Assembly (NCBI GenBank): GCA_018902845.1
Contig: JAHIPV010000009.1
Location: 8,950-72,949 of the forward strand
Direction: 5' to 3'
Length of the DNA stretch: 64,000 bases
Source: Patescibacteria group bacterium
Lineage (GTDB): Bacteria; Patescibacteriota; Microgenomatia; UBA12405
Below, piece after piece: positions 9,575 through 19,693 of the stretch (position 1 is its first letter; each line of letters opens with the position of its first letter). The notes below the pieces were generated by a model. It was not told the DNA's origin. It did no database searches and was given only the letters and a program-made list of their open reading frames with translations. The position numbers and the translations under genes were made by a program.

Positions 9575-10417
9575 TTACAATAATATCAGAAGTCCTAGCA
9601 AGGAAACAATGGATCCAAATATCATTAAGCCCTTGGTGGGGAAGTCAACACCAGCATCGGGTAGAACTATTCTGGTTGGACTTGGACCTTGGGCTATATA
9701 GACAGGTGTATCGGTTGGTCTTGGAGTGCTGGTTGGCTGTGGAGTTCCTGTGGGGGTATTGGTGGGTGTGTTGGTTGGAGTATTAGTGGGTGTGTTAGTG
9801 GGCGTATTGGTTGGAGTGCTGGTAGGAGCGGTACAGCAAGTAAGGTAAGAAGGGTTGATAATACAAGCATCTTCAAATTGAGACATAGCACAGTAAGAGT
9901 TACCGTCATCAGTATCGATACAAATTAGACCAGATTGACAAGGATTAGACGAATCGTCGCAGGGAGTATAGCCACAGGCATTTGGTTCTGGAGTTGGGGT
10001 GTTGGTTGGAGTATTAGTGGGTGTGTTAGTGGGCGTATTGGTTGGAGTGCTGGTTGGGGCGGTACAACAAGTGATATAGGAAGGGTTGATAATACAAGTG
10101 TCTTCAAATTGAGACATAGCACAGTAAGAGTTGCCATCATCAGCATCGATACAAATTAGACCAGATTGACAAGGATTGGATGAATCATCGCAGGGAGTGT
10201 AACCACAAGCATTTGGCTTTGGAGTTGGAGCGACTACGGTAAAGTTTAAACTACAGGGCAGAGGTGCTTCTTGAGCCTGCGGTCTTTCCGGTACAGTTGG
10301 CTTAACTTCTTCCTGGCTAATTTGTTTTAGCCGTTGAGCAGTCAAAATTGCCACACCGGCCAGAATAATGGTGCTAATCAGGCTAATAATGATGGTTAAT
10401 TTTTTCTTTTTATTCAT
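9575..10417 (-). CDS. Secreted/anchored T/P-rich protein with two 8-Cys modules and an LPDAG + TM tail
   Basis: Start moved to ATG 10417 (MNKKKK plus hydrophobic helix). Confidence 0.75.
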   Translation of the reverse strand: MNKKKKLTIIISLISTIILAGVAILTAQRLKQISQEEVKPTVPERPQAQEAPLPCSLNFTVVAPTPKPNACGYTPCDDSSNPCQSGLICIDADDGNSYCAMSQFEDTCIINPSYITCCTAPTSTPTNTPTNTPTNTPTNTPTPEPNACGYTPCDDSSNPCQSGLICIDTDDGNSYCAMSQFEDACIINPSYLTCCTAPTSTPTNTPTNTPTNTPTNTPTNTPTGTPQPTSTPRPTDTPVYIAQGPSPTRIVLPDAGVDFPTKGLMIFGSIVSLLGLLILL

Positions 10418-10950
10418 AATTATTGGGCTGCCCCCCAGGTGGTACAGTTGCCTTCCTTGCAAACACGGCATTGGACACTATAGGCACCAGGAATATCAAT
10501 AGTGATTGATTGAGAATCAGCCATCCAGTGGTCAGCGCCGGCATAATCAGCAAAACGTAAACTTGTAACAACCCAAGGAATATTATTGTAGTCTCCGGCA
10601 TCAATGTTATAGCGGAAGTCGAACCGATCGGGACCGTAGTTATTGGTGCCAGTATCAACACAAGTAAAATTAACTTCATCACCTAAACTCGGAGTACCAG
10701 ACGGATCCATGGTGATGTCAACACAAGCAAGTTCAGGTAGTGGTGTTGGCGTGGGGGTGTTAGTTGGAGTGCTGGTGGGAGCGGTACAACAAGTGATATA
10801 GGAAGGGTTGATAATACAAGCGTCTTCAAATTGAGACATAGAGCAGTATGAATTGCCATTATCAGCATCGACACAAATTAGACCAGGCTGACAAGGACTG
10901 GATGAATCATCGCAGGGAGTATAGCCACAGGCATTTGGTTCTGGAGTTGG
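9770..10950. repeat. Three copies of a ~200-bp Cys-rich module plus PTNT tandem repeats, shared by two genes
   Basis: PNACGYTPCDDSS.PCQ.GLIC...YC...C...CCTAP occurs twice in one ORF and once in the next. Confidence 0.95.
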
Positions 10951-11946
10951 AATTTGTGTAGGAGTATTGGTGGGGGTGGGAGTGGGAGTTCTGGTGGGGG
11001 TGGGAGTTAAGGTAGGGGTGCTGACTCTGGTTGGAGTAGGTGTTGGGATTCTGGTGGGGGTAGGAGTAGTAAGTGTGATGGTTTCAGTACAAACAGAGTT
11101 TGCCTGAGACGGCCAAGAATCGTTTGAAACAGCTGGATTTTTTACAACAACAGAGATATTAGTTCCGTTTAGATTGGCTATATTTGTAAATGTGTGAGTA
11201 GCGGTACAGATAATTTTTTTGGCTCTAGGATCATGACCCATAATTGCCCATGATTGAGTGGTACCGGTAGATGAATCGGGTTGGCAAGTTGATGTAATTC
11301 CTTCGTCTCCGGAAGTCATTGTGGTTGAACCCGATAAGGCAAACTTAAATTTAACTGCACTGCTATTCATAATAATTGAGGCGCAACCTTCGCCATGTGG
11401 ATCACTGATATCACTAGGACAAGCTAGTTTGCTTGTCGCCGGCAATTCACTATAACCTGTTGCTGTTATTGTCAAATTTTCTCCATCAATACGATATTGA
11501 ACATCGATACAATCGTCACAATTTGTGTCATTGTTTCTGTATAAACTGGCGGCACCGTAACCGCTATAAAATTGGTCTTTTTGAAGGGAAGAACATTTAA
11601 CGGGATAATTACCGTAGACATCGGTTGCTTCTCCGCCAACCTGACATGATCCTGGTGGTCCAAAATTTGGACCTCCTAGCGGAGGACTATTTTCACCGTC
11701 TTTTTTTATTCTAGTAATTGAATAGAAATTTGAAGTTTCTCTGCCACAAGGGCCAGAGATATTTCCATTGCACCAGAAACACCAATCCCAGTATTGATCC
11801 AAGGCAACATCGTATGCTTTGTCACGAATATCCTGTTTCTGTTTGACTAAAACAACGCCAGCGACTAGAGATAAGAATAAAAAAAATACCGACAGGACAG
11901 GATATAATTTTTCTGCTGATTTAAATTTTTCGAGTATTTTGGCCAT
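10420..11946 (-). CDS. Cys-rich surface protein with N-terminal membrane anchor and PT linkers
   Basis: 508 aa; TM helix followed by QDIRDKA. Confidence 0.75.
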   Translation of the reverse strand: MAKILEKFKSAEKLYPVLSVFFLFLSLVAGVVLVKQKQDIRDKAYDVALDQYWDWCFWCNGNISGPCGRETSNFYSITRIKKDGENSPPLGGPNFGPPGSCQVGGEATDVYGNYPVKCSSLQKDQFYSGYGAASLYRNNDTNCDDCIDVQYRIDGENLTITATGYSELPATSKLACPSDISDPHGEGCASIIMNSSAVKFKFALSGSTTMTSGDEGITSTCQPDSSTGTTQSWAIMGHDPRAKKIICTATHTFTNIANLNGTNISVVVKNPAVSNDSWPSQANSVCTETITLTTPTPTRIPTPTPTRVSTPTLTPTPTRTPTPTPTNTPTQIPTPEPNACGYTPCDDSSSPCQPGLICVDADNGNSYCSMSQFEDACIINPSYITCCTAPTSTPTNTPTPTPLPELACVDITMDPSGTPSLGDEVNFTCVDTGTNNYGPDRFDFRYNIDAGDYNNIPWVVTSLRFADYAGADHWMADSQSITIDIPGAYSVQCRVCKEGNCTTWGAAQ

Positions 11947-12005
11947 ACTAATAATAGTTTTTTAGATATTTTAATCTTAGATTAATATTTTTTTTAATGC
12001 AAATG

Positions 12006-13337
12006 CTAGATTAATAGTAGTGCGATAATTATTGCAGGAATTGATAAAAGAAGAGGCAGGGTGGTTGGTAAGGTAAAACCGGTAGTTGGAACTTGCGAAT
12101 CAGTACTAGGCTTGGCGGTTCTGATAGTGATGGTTGGAGTTAGACTTGGAGTCTGGGTGGGTGTGGAAGTTGAGGTTGGACTAAGAGTGAGGACAGGAGT
12201 GGGAGTAAAGGTAGAGGTGGGGGTAAGGGTAGGGATATTGGTTGGTTGGGCCGATGAGGAAGCGGTGAACCCGGGATTATCTTGGGCCGCCAAAACAACA
12301 AAACTTTTTGTAATGCTCTCCTTTAATCCAGTTTTCGGATTAAGAAAACTTATTGTCAGACTGTGTTGCCCTGGTGACAGGGACTGGGGAGAGCTCCAGC
12401 GCCAATTTCCACTAGAATCGCTTTGAATTTCTGAATCGAACTGATCGGATGAGTGAAGTTCAATTTTTAGAATAACACCTTGCGGAGCAGTCCCAAAAAA
12501 TTCCGGTTGTTGTGTAGATAAAAATTCACCGTCTTTGGGGTTGATAATATCTAGCTCTTTTTCTATGGCTTGATCTGGCTGTTGTTGTGTAACGGGCATA
12601 TTGCCAATGTCTTGTTCTCTATTGTTATTTTCATCTGAAGAAAATCCGTGACCAATAATAATATCCGGTACCGGATTATTGTTTGATGTATTGCCTGTTA
12701 CTAAAGTAACCTGACCGTCTTTAGAAAGAACGGCAATCTCTTCCTCTACATTTTCCGGTGGGACAAACCAAGAACTTTTTTGAGTGTTATAGCTGATGCT
12801 TAGTGGAATATTCCAGTTACCTTCTGACGTAACAAAAGAGGACATAGGAGCGGAAGAAGGGATATTTAGATAAAGGATGGCGATAGAAGCCGGCTGTTGA
12901 TTTGACTGTATAATTTTTCCCCAGGCTAAATTTGAATCAGGAATAGGGCCATCAAGCTTAGCTGGGGTGCTTATAACAAATTGATCGTTTTCAATTTCCT
13001 TTCCGTTGGCAATGATGGTGTATTGGTAACTTGAATTTTCCTTAAGTCCATTTACCTGAAAATAATGTATTTGGCTTTGAGGTTCAATTAATTGAAAAGA
13101 ATCTAAAACAAGCTGATTGTTTATGCCAAGGTTAACCGAGCATTTCTCTGGCGTTAAAAAAGACAAATCGACAGAGTGATCCGTTAAATTAGTAATTTGT
13201 ATACTTATCGGACTGCAACCGTTACTTGCCTTAGAAGTAAAAATTGCAGTAAGTTTGGTTAAATAGGTAGTAACAAAAACAACAATGATCAAAATGAAAA
13301 TAGCTACAATGGTTGGTATTTTTTTTTCTTTACTCAT
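12006..13337 (-). CDS. Surface protein with FN3-like and bacterial Ig-like domains and VPTTG + TM tail
   Basis: ITNLTDHS...HYFQVNGLKENSSYQY; GNWRWS...LSPGQHSLTI. Confidence 0.7.
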   Translation of the reverse strand: MSKEKKIPTIVAIFILIIVVFVTTYLTKLTAIFTSKASNGCSPISIQITNLTDHSVDLSFLTPEKCSVNLGINNQLVLDSFQLIEPQSQIHYFQVNGLKENSSYQYTIIANGKEIENDQFVISTPAKLDGPIPDSNLAWGKIIQSNQQPASIAILYLNIPSSAPMSSFVTSEGNWNIPLSISYNTQKSSWFVPPENVEEEIAVLSKDGQVTLVTGNTSNNNPVPDIIIGHGFSSDENNNREQDIGNMPVTQQQPDQAIEKELDIINPKDGEFLSTQQPEFFGTAPQGVILKIELHSSDQFDSEIQSDSSGNWRWSSPQSLSPGQHSLTISFLNPKTGLKESITKSFVVLAAQDNPGFTASSSAQPTNIPTLTPTSTFTPTPVLTLSPTSTSTPTQTPSLTPTITIRTAKPSTDSQVPTTGFTLPTTLPLLLSIPAIIIALLLI

Positions 13338-13635
13338 TTGGATTTATAGTCGGCTCCTCTTCTGACCCTAGCGTTGGCTGAAGTATTGAGGACGGAGAGG
13401 CAATAATACTGGGGCGACTAATTGGAACAGAGGTAAATTCATCTCGTTTTTCAATTTCCAACAAAGTGTCGATGTTAAGGTTGGGATCAATTTTTTGCAT
13501 AACTGAACTGGTTTTGATTTGCTGAGATGGACCAATCAGATTAGAGTAACTTTTTTGTACTATCAAGAAAAAAATTAAAAAGAGAGTAAAACTACTGATA
13601 AAAATAAGATATTTAGAGATTTTTTGTTTTTTCAT
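13330..13635 (-). CDS. Hypothetical membrane-anchored protein
   Basis: 101 aa, operonic overlap with neighbours. Confidence 0.6.
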   Translation of the reverse strand: MKKQKISKYLIFISSFTLFLIFFLIVQKSYSNLIGPSQQIKTSSVMQKIDPNLNIDTLLEIEKRDEFTSVPISRPSIIASPSSILQPTLGSEEEPTINPNE

Positions 13636-14299
13636 CGTTTTCTGACCAATAGTAAATATTTGTTTTTATGCTGGCATTAAAGACGGCCTCGTCCTCCTGG
13701 CCAGATTGTTTGCTTTTTTTTTGGCTAAGCTCTATCCTGTCAATTTTTATAAGACGGCGATTATTGGAAAAATCCTGAACCAAAAAAGGGATTTTGGAAA
13801 AATTGGTAGTGTTGTCGTCAATGTTGACTGAATAAAAACTAGTCATATCAAAATCAGAAGAGGAAAATTCTTTTTCATCATTTAGATCAAATTTAATCTC
13901 GTTGAGATTAATATCGGAGTTGTGGGCAATATTTTTAAGCTGAATAGCGGCATGAGCAAATCGGGGACTACTGGGAAGACTTGATTCTATCAATGAATAT
14001 TTTTCCTGAATGTCAGAAAATGCATCCTGTGCATAAACCAAATCGTTTATTTTTGAACGCATTTGATCTGAAAGAGACTGTTTGGCACGGATTTCACCAA
14101 CAAGGCTGGAAATAGTGGTAATTGCCGGCCTGACGGCAGAAAAAAGAAAAACGGAAATTAAAAAGAAGGTGGCCGAAATTTCTACTGTTTGACCAAACCT
14201 TTTGTTTTCCCTCTGTTTTGCCAAAAACTCGGTCAGCGAACTGACCTGGGCAACGATGACATTTTTTTTAAGTGGTTTTGTTATTGTTGTTTGTTTCAT
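13613..14299 (-). CDS. PilO-like protein
   Basis: TM helix, coiled coil, NRRLIKIDRI motif. Confidence 0.6.
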   Translation of the reverse strand: MKQTTITKPLKKNVIVAQVSSLTEFLAKQRENKRFGQTVEISATFFLISVFLFSAVRPAITTISSLVGEIRAKQSLSDQMRSKINDLVYAQDAFSDIQEKYSLIESSLPSSPRFAHAAIQLKNIAHNSDINLNEIKFDLNDEKEFSSSDFDMTSFYSVNIDDNTTNFSKIPFLVQDFSNNRRLIKIDRIELSQKKSKQSGQEDEAVFNASIKTNIYYWSENDEKTKNL

Positions 14300-14852
14300 T
14301 TTTGAATTCGACTAGAATATCGATGAGGTAATCTCTAGTTTTTGGTTTTTTGCTTATTTTTTCAATAGTTACACTTTTTATATCTTGATTTAGATTTAGG
14401 TTGTCGATAAAATTTGCGATTAATTCGACTTTTGTTGTTGACACAGAAACAACGGCTAAAATTTTGTTATCCTTGGTCGAAAGTGAAAGATTTTTGTATA
14501 GAATATTCGGAGGAGTGCTTTCGGACAGACTAAGCAACTTTGAAGCATAGTCAATGTTGTTGTCGCTTAGTTCTTTTATAGCCTTTAACCTGGCTTGTAG
14601 AGTCGAGTAGTCAACCTCAAAAAGAGCCGTACTTTCCAAAATGGCTTTTTGTTGTCTGATTGACTCTGACAAATCTGAATTTTTCCTGTCCAACCAAAAA
14701 CGAGATACGAAAGCAGCAATAACTATTAATTCGGTAAAAATAATAACTACGCGACCAACCGTAGTTATCCAGCGAATCAGCTTGGCAGTAGATGAGTTAT
14801 TGTCTTGATCTTTAGGTAGAAGCGAAATTTCCCTTTTAAAATTGGCAGGCAT
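14268..14852 (-). CDS. PilN-like protein
   Basis: EISLLP (INLLP-like), TM helix, coiled coil. Confidence 0.65.
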   Translation of the reverse strand: MPANFKREISLLPKDQDNNSSTAKLIRWITTVGRVVIIFTELIVIAAFVSRFWLDRKNSDLSESIRQQKAILESTALFEVDYSTLQARLKAIKELSDNNIDYASKLLSLSESTPPNILYKNLSLSTKDNKILAVVSVSTTKVELIANFIDNLNLNQDIKSVTIEKISKKPKTRDYLIDILVEFKNETNNNNKTT

Positions 14853-14874
14853 ATATTTTTAAGTATATATGAAT

Positions 14875-16473
14875 TTAGGCAAGACGGTGGAATAAGAACC
14901 GACTAAAATCCTTGGACTCCTTGATATTGAACAAATTACAAATAAAATAGTAAACAAGAAAACCTAAAAATGATGAGGTAAGAAAAAGAGTGGTTAAATT
15001 GAGGGTTTTACTGGTATCTAAAATAAAAAGATCTAAAACTTTCATACTAAACCAAATCGACAAGCCCATGATTAGGGAAGCAAGAAAGATTTTTGATATT
15101 CTTTGGCAAATATGTTTTAAATTAATTTCTTCTACCTTAAGATAAAACAAAGCAAAAAGACCAAAAAGTTGTATGAGGTTTGAAATGGAAGCACTAATAG
15201 CAAGACCCAAAATACCAAGGTTGGTAAACCTAACAAAAAAGAAATTAGCAAAAAGATTAAAAAATACTGATATAAAGGAAACATAGAGCGGTGTTTTTGT
15301 ATTATGCATAGCATAAAAAGATCTGGCAAGAATCTGTGTTACGGATTGAGAAACTATGGTAGGTATCAAAAAAGCCAATGTTTTGGCAGTTAGTAAGGTG
15401 GCAGACCAGGGAAATTGTTTGGCTCCAAAAACTAACCTGACTATAGCAACACGGTGCACTAGCATCAGAACACTAATTGGCAAGATCAAAAAAAGACTTT
15501 GAATGATAGTGTTGATAACAGTTTTTCTAAATGTTTTTAATTTATTTTTAGCAATATTTTTTGAAAGAATAGGTAGAGAAGCTTGGGCTATGGTACTGCC
15601 AAAAATACGACTGGGGAAAAAAACCAGTTGAAGGGCAATGCTTAAAAGGGAAAAAGAACCAGCCGGCAAAAGACTGGCCCAAAGAAGAGTGAAGGTGTTT
15701 TCTATCTCTGTTAAACCTAAACTTATGGCTCTAGGAGCCATTAATCTTAATATTCTTTTAAAACCAGAAAGTTTAGTATCAATAGAAAAAGAGTATTTGA
15801 ACCCGAGTTTTTTTACGAGTGGAATTTGTATGAAAAAATGAAGAAAAGCACCGATAACTACCGAAAAACAGACACCACGCATCCCCCAAACAGGTGAAAT
15901 AAATATGATTCCAAATATGATTGATAAGTTGTAGAGTATGGGGGAGATGGCCGGAATAAGAAAAATTTGATGGGCTTGAATAATTCCCGTTAAAAAATTA
16001 CTAAAAAGGAAGAAAATTTGGGCCGTTAGCAAGATTCTTGTAAAAGAGCTCATTAATGATATCTGCTGTTGATTAAACCCCGGGGCAATCAATCTGGAAA
16101 AAGGAACAGCAAAAATAAAAATGAGCGAGAGAAGTAAAAATAAGGTGATCAAAAGAACATTTATGGTAGTGGTGGCAATTTTGTAAGCCGTTTTTTTGTC
16201 TTTGTGTAAATATCTTGAAAAAACAGGAATGAAAGAGGCAGACAAGGCGCCTGTGACCAAAAGTTTAAAAATCAAATCCGGTAAACGAAAAGCGGCGTTA
16301 TAGGCATCAAGCTGGTCGGCACAACAGGAGAAAAAACGGGATAATAGGAACCTATTGCGTAAAAAGCCCAAAAGAGCAGAGATTGCAAAAGTAATTGACA
16401 ATATCAATGAAGCCGAAAGAATTGTATCTTGTTTTTTTAGGCTGATTTTATTGATTAACTGACTTGGTGACAT
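14875..16473 (-). CDS. murJ: Lipid II flippase MurJ
   Basis: DAYNAAFRLPD, GALSASFIPV and FYAMHNTKTP motifs. Confidence 0.92.
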   Translation of the reverse strand: MSPSQLINKISLKKQDTILSASLILSITFAISALLGFLRNRFLLSRFFSCCADQLDAYNAAFRLPDLIFKLLVTGALSASFIPVFSRYLHKDKKTAYKIATTTINVLLITLFLLLSLIFIFAVPFSRLIAPGFNQQQISLMSSFTRILLTAQIFFLFSNFLTGIIQAHQIFLIPAISPILYNLSIIFGIIFISPVWGMRGVCFSVVIGAFLHFFIQIPLVKKLGFKYSFSIDTKLSGFKRILRLMAPRAISLGLTEIENTFTLLWASLLPAGSFSLLSIALQLVFFPSRIFGSTIAQASLPILSKNIAKNKLKTFRKTVINTIIQSLFLILPISVLMLVHRVAIVRLVFGAKQFPWSATLLTAKTLAFLIPTIVSQSVTQILARSFYAMHNTKTPLYVSFISVFFNLFANFFFVRFTNLGILGLAISASISNLIQLFGLFALFYLKVEEINLKHICQRISKIFLASLIMGLSIWFSMKVLDLFILDTSKTLNLTTLFLTSSFLGFLVYYFICNLFNIKESKDFSRFLFHRLA

Positions 16474-16570
16474 AGATCTACCATTATAATACAGAGATGT
16501 ATAGACGTTGGGAATCAGGAATTAGCAACTTATTGCTTAAGGTTGGAGCTTGAGATAAAATAGTTAAATT

Positions 16571-16870
16571 ATGCCTCTTACAAAATCAGTTAAAAAAAGT
16601 TTCAGACAATCGACTAGAAATCGAGGAAGAAATAAAGTATTAAAGGAAAAATTCAAAAAAGCCGTAAAGAAGTTTTTGACTGAAACTAATGAAAAGAATT
16701 TAAAGCCGGTTTATTCCTGTTTAGATAAAATAGGCAAAAACGGACTTTTTGCTAAAAATAAAGTGTCTAGATTGAAGGCTAAGTATGCCAGAAAAGTTAA
16801 GGTAAATAATACTGAAAAAAAGATAGTAAAAAAGACTAAAGCAAAAGAAACAAAGACTAAGAAAATGTGA
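16571..16870 (+). CDS. rpsT: 30S ribosomal protein S20
   Basis: MPLTKSVKK...RNK...DKIGKNG...NKVSRLK. Confidence 0.85.
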   Translation: MPLTKSVKKSFRQSTRNRGRNKVLKEKFKKAVKKFLTETNEKNLKPVYSCLDKIGKNGLFAKNKVSRLKAKYARKVKVNNTEKKIVKKTKAKETKTKKM

Positions 16871-16880
16871 GGGTGTTTTT

Positions 16881-18302
16881 ATGGATAAACAAAAAAAATT
16901 TTATGTTACAACCCCGATCTATTATATAAATGATGTGCCTCATATCGGACACACCTGTACTACTGTAATAGCCGATGTAATGGCTAGATATAGACGACTT
17001 AAGGGAGACAGTGTTTTTTTCTTGACAGGAACTGACGAGCATGGGCAGAAAGTGGCCGAGTCGGCAGAAAAAGATGGTTTAGAACCTCAAGTATATTGCG
17101 ATAAAATTGCCCCAAGATTTAAGAAAGCATGGGTTGATCTTAACATCGGTTTTGATTTTTTTATCAGAACTACTGATTCTAGACACAAAAAGGTAGTTTG
17201 TGATTTACTGCAGAAAGTTTACGACAATGGTGATGTTTATAGGGGAAAATACGAAGGATTGTATTGTGTCGGTTGTGAGAAGTTTCTGACTGAAAGCGAC
17301 TTGGTAGATGGGAAATGCCCTATCCATCCGCCCGAAAGAACTATAGAACAGGTGGAGGAAAATTGGTTTTTTAAATTATCAAAATACGTACCCCAACTGA
17401 TTAAACTTATAGAGAACGATAAGACTAATTACATTTTTCCTGAAGGCAAAAGAACTGAGGTATTATCAAAACTAAAGGGCGGTGTTAATGATATTTCCAT
17501 TTCTAGAGCTAATGTAAAGTGGGGGATTCCTGTGCCTTGGGACAAGACTCAAACAATTTATGTTTGGTTTGATGCTTTGATTAATTACTATAGCGCTACT
17601 CAGTTTGTGGATAAGAAAAAAGATTTTTGGCCAGCTGATTTACATTTATTAGGTAAGGAAATTTTGTGGTTCCATACAGTAATTTGGCAAGCAATGCTGC
17701 TGTCTGCCGGTTTGTTTTTACCCAAAAAAGTCTATATCCATAGTTTTTATATGATTGACGGACAAAAAATGTCAAAGTCGCTTGGAAACATGATCAGTCC
17801 TGGGCAATTGACTGATCTTTTTGGCATAGACGGGACAAAATATTTAATTATGTCTTCCTTTCCGGGTGAAAATGACAGCGATGTGGGAATTGAGAGATTT
17901 AAAGAGAAATATACGGCTGATTTGGCCAATAATTTGGGAAATTTGATATCCAGAGTGGCTAAGCTATCAGAAGGATTGAGTTTTAAAACAGAAAAAGTTG
18001 GGGTGTTTGACAAAAAATTTGATGAATTTTTTGAAAAATTCGATTTTTGTGGAGCAATTAAATATATTTTTGATAAATGGATTGATACTTCAAACGCAGA
18101 ATTAAATAAAATTCAGCCGTGGAAACTAAAAAAGGATGATAAAAAAAGAGTTGAGGTTTTGGAAAAATGTGTAAAAAACTTAAGAAAAACGGCTTTCCAT
18201 TTAAGCGTGATTATGCCAAGTACCGGTGAAAGAATTGAAGAAATTTTTGAGGGAGAAATTAAAGCCCTAAAAAATCCGTTGTTTCCGAGAATAAAAAAAT
18301 AA
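16881..18302 (+). CDS. metG: Methionine--tRNA ligase (short form)
   Basis: HIGH, GTDEHG and KMSKS motifs. Confidence 0.97.
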   Translation: MDKQKKFYVTTPIYYINDVPHIGHTCTTVIADVMARYRRLKGDSVFFLTGTDEHGQKVAESAEKDGLEPQVYCDKIAPRFKKAWVDLNIGFDFFIRTTDSRHKKVVCDLLQKVYDNGDVYRGKYEGLYCVGCEKFLTESDLVDGKCPIHPPERTIEQVEENWFFKLSKYVPQLIKLIENDKTNYIFPEGKRTEVLSKLKGGVNDISISRANVKWGIPVPWDKTQTIYVWFDALINYYSATQFVDKKKDFWPADLHLLGKEILWFHTVIWQAMLLSAGLFLPKKVYIHSFYMIDGQKMSKSLGNMISPGQLTDLFGIDGTKYLIMSSFPGENDSDVGIERFKEKYTADLANNLGNLISRVAKLSEGLSFKTEKVGVFDKKFDEFFEKFDFCGAIKYIFDKWIDTSNAELNKIQPWKLKKDDKKRVEVLEKCVKNLRKTAFHLSVIMPSTGERIEEIFEGEIKALKNPLFPRIKK

Positions 18303-18349
18303 ATCTAAAATTTAAAATCTAAATTTCCAAATAAAACTAGAATAATAAC

Positions 18350-18637
18350 TTAGGGAGTTTTTGTGAAGCCTGGAGGAGCGTTAGGGTCAATAATTACTTG
18401 CTGGCCAAAAATACCTGATTCGCCACGACAAACAGCCTGTTTACCTTGGGGTGCCGATGGTTGAGCTGCTAAAGCTTTTTGCCTTTTTCTATCTTGTGTC
18501 GCTATTACATGATCTGCTCCAGCAACGACTTGTGCTCGTGGTTGAGTCGGCCTGAGCTGAGCTGTTGCTTGTCTTTGTTGATCTTGTGCTTGCATTGCTG
18601 CATCAAACTGTTCGCGTTGTTGGGCTGTAAGTGGCAT
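18350..18637 (-). CDS. Orphan Q/A-rich hypothetical protein
   Basis: Start moved to ATG 18637, 6 nt after TATAAT. Confidence 0.55.
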   Translation of the reverse strand: MPLTAQQREQFDAAMQAQDQQRQATAQLRPTQPRAQVVAGADHVIATQDRKRQKALAAQPSAPQGKQAVCRGESGIFGQQVIIDPNAPPGFTKTP

Positions 18638-18720
18638 GGTGATATTATAAGGTGTTGTAGATGAAAAAACCATGTTTTGTTGTTGTGAGAATATGGACAA
18701 AAGACTGGACTGACTCCGAC

Positions 18721-18748
18721 GGGATCCTTCGTTATACTCAGGATGACG
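18721..18748. repeat. Solo palindromic element, intergenic
   Basis: gggatccttcgttatactcaggatgacg. Confidence 0.8.
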
Positions 18749-18777
18749 ATGATATTGTTAAATGATAAAATTTTCAA

Positions 18778-19596
18778 ATGATTGATACCCATGCACATTT
18801 GACTGGAATGTTTTGCGACCTGCCTACCGGCAGGCAAGCTGGGAAGGGAGTGGTGGAAGAGGCGAAAATGGCAAGATTGTGGGCTATTGTGTTGGCGGCT
18901 AGTAATATAGAAGAATCCGTGGAAAATATTAAATTGGCTAAAAATTATGACGGGTTTCTGTTTGCTGCTGCCGGTATTCACCCTCAGCAAACTGATGTTG
19001 AAAATAAAGATTCTATTGATAAACAAATAGCTCATTTAGATGAGTTAATAGGCAAAAACAAGAAAAATATAGTGGCTGTTGGTGAGTGCGGACTAGATTA
19101 CTCCCCTGCTCCGGCAGGTGAAAAAGACAGAAGTAGGAGAGGTCAGGAAAAATTGTTTAGAAAACAAATTTGTTTGAGTATGAAATATAAATTGCCTTTA
19201 ATTATTCATGCCAGAAAAGCAATGGACCAAGTTATTGAAATTTTGAGTGAATATAAAAATTTAAAGGGAGTTTTTCATTGTTATGCCGGAGGGAAAAAAA
19301 GGATTAAAAAGGTGTTAGGTTTGGGAGAAGATTGGTATTTTGGAATTGACGGGAACTTGACTTATGATGATGGACTAGTGGAAGTGGTTAAAAAAATACC
19401 AAGAGACAGGTTAATTCTAGAAACGGATTCCCCTCTTTTGACGCCTGAACCTTTTAGAGGAAAGGAAAACAAACCGGCGTATGTTAAGTATGTATATAAA
19501 AAGGTAAGTGAAATATGGGGGGTGGAATTTAAAGAATGCGAGAAATTAATAGACGAGAATGCCAGAAAAATGTTTGGGATTAATCCGTCATCCTGA
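18778..19596 (+). CDS. tatD: TatD-family hydrolase
   Basis: IDTHAHL, GIHP, VGECGLDY and LETDSP motifs. Confidence 0.95.
   Translation: MIDTHAHLTGMFCDLPTGRQAGKGVVEEAKMARLWAIVLAASNIEESVENIKLAKNYDGFLFAAAGIHPQQTDVENKDSIDKQIAHLDELIGKNKKNIVAVGECGLDYSPAPAGEKDRSRRGQEKLFRKQICLSMKYKLPLIIHARKAMDQVIEILSEYKNLKGVFHCYAGGKKRIKKVLGLGEDWYFGIDGNLTYDDGLVEVVKKIPRDRLILETDSPLLTPEPFRGKENKPAYVKYVYKKVSEIWGVEFKECEKLIDENARKMFGINPSS
18819..18838. repeat. Short palindrome CCTGCCTACCGGCAGGCAAG, in frame in TatD (LPTGRQ)
   Basis: GC-rich hairpin directly after the HAH motif. Confidence 0.7.
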
Positions 19597-19674
19597 ATGA
19601 AATGAAGGATCCCGTTGGAGTATAACTAATCTCTTTGGGATTCTTCTCCCGCCAAAGGCGGGATCAGAATGACG
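19586..19674. repeat. Paired palindromic element that supplies the TatD stop codon
   Basis: cgtcatccTGAatgaaatgaaggatcc...cagaatgacg. Confidence 0.9.
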
Positions 19675-19693
19675 AGGTGTGTCAAGAATAACG

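Noticed and set aside
9562-12426. Several short plus-strand and alternate-frame ORFs
   Set aside because: Shadows of low-complexity PT-rich coding sequence
18505-19035. 176-aa minus-strand ORF
   Set aside because: Antisense shadow of tatD crossing repeats; no recognisable motifs
19102-19120. Small hairpin in tatD (SPAPAG) as a repeat insert
   Set aside because: Short, single copy, no terminal tag; plausible native loop
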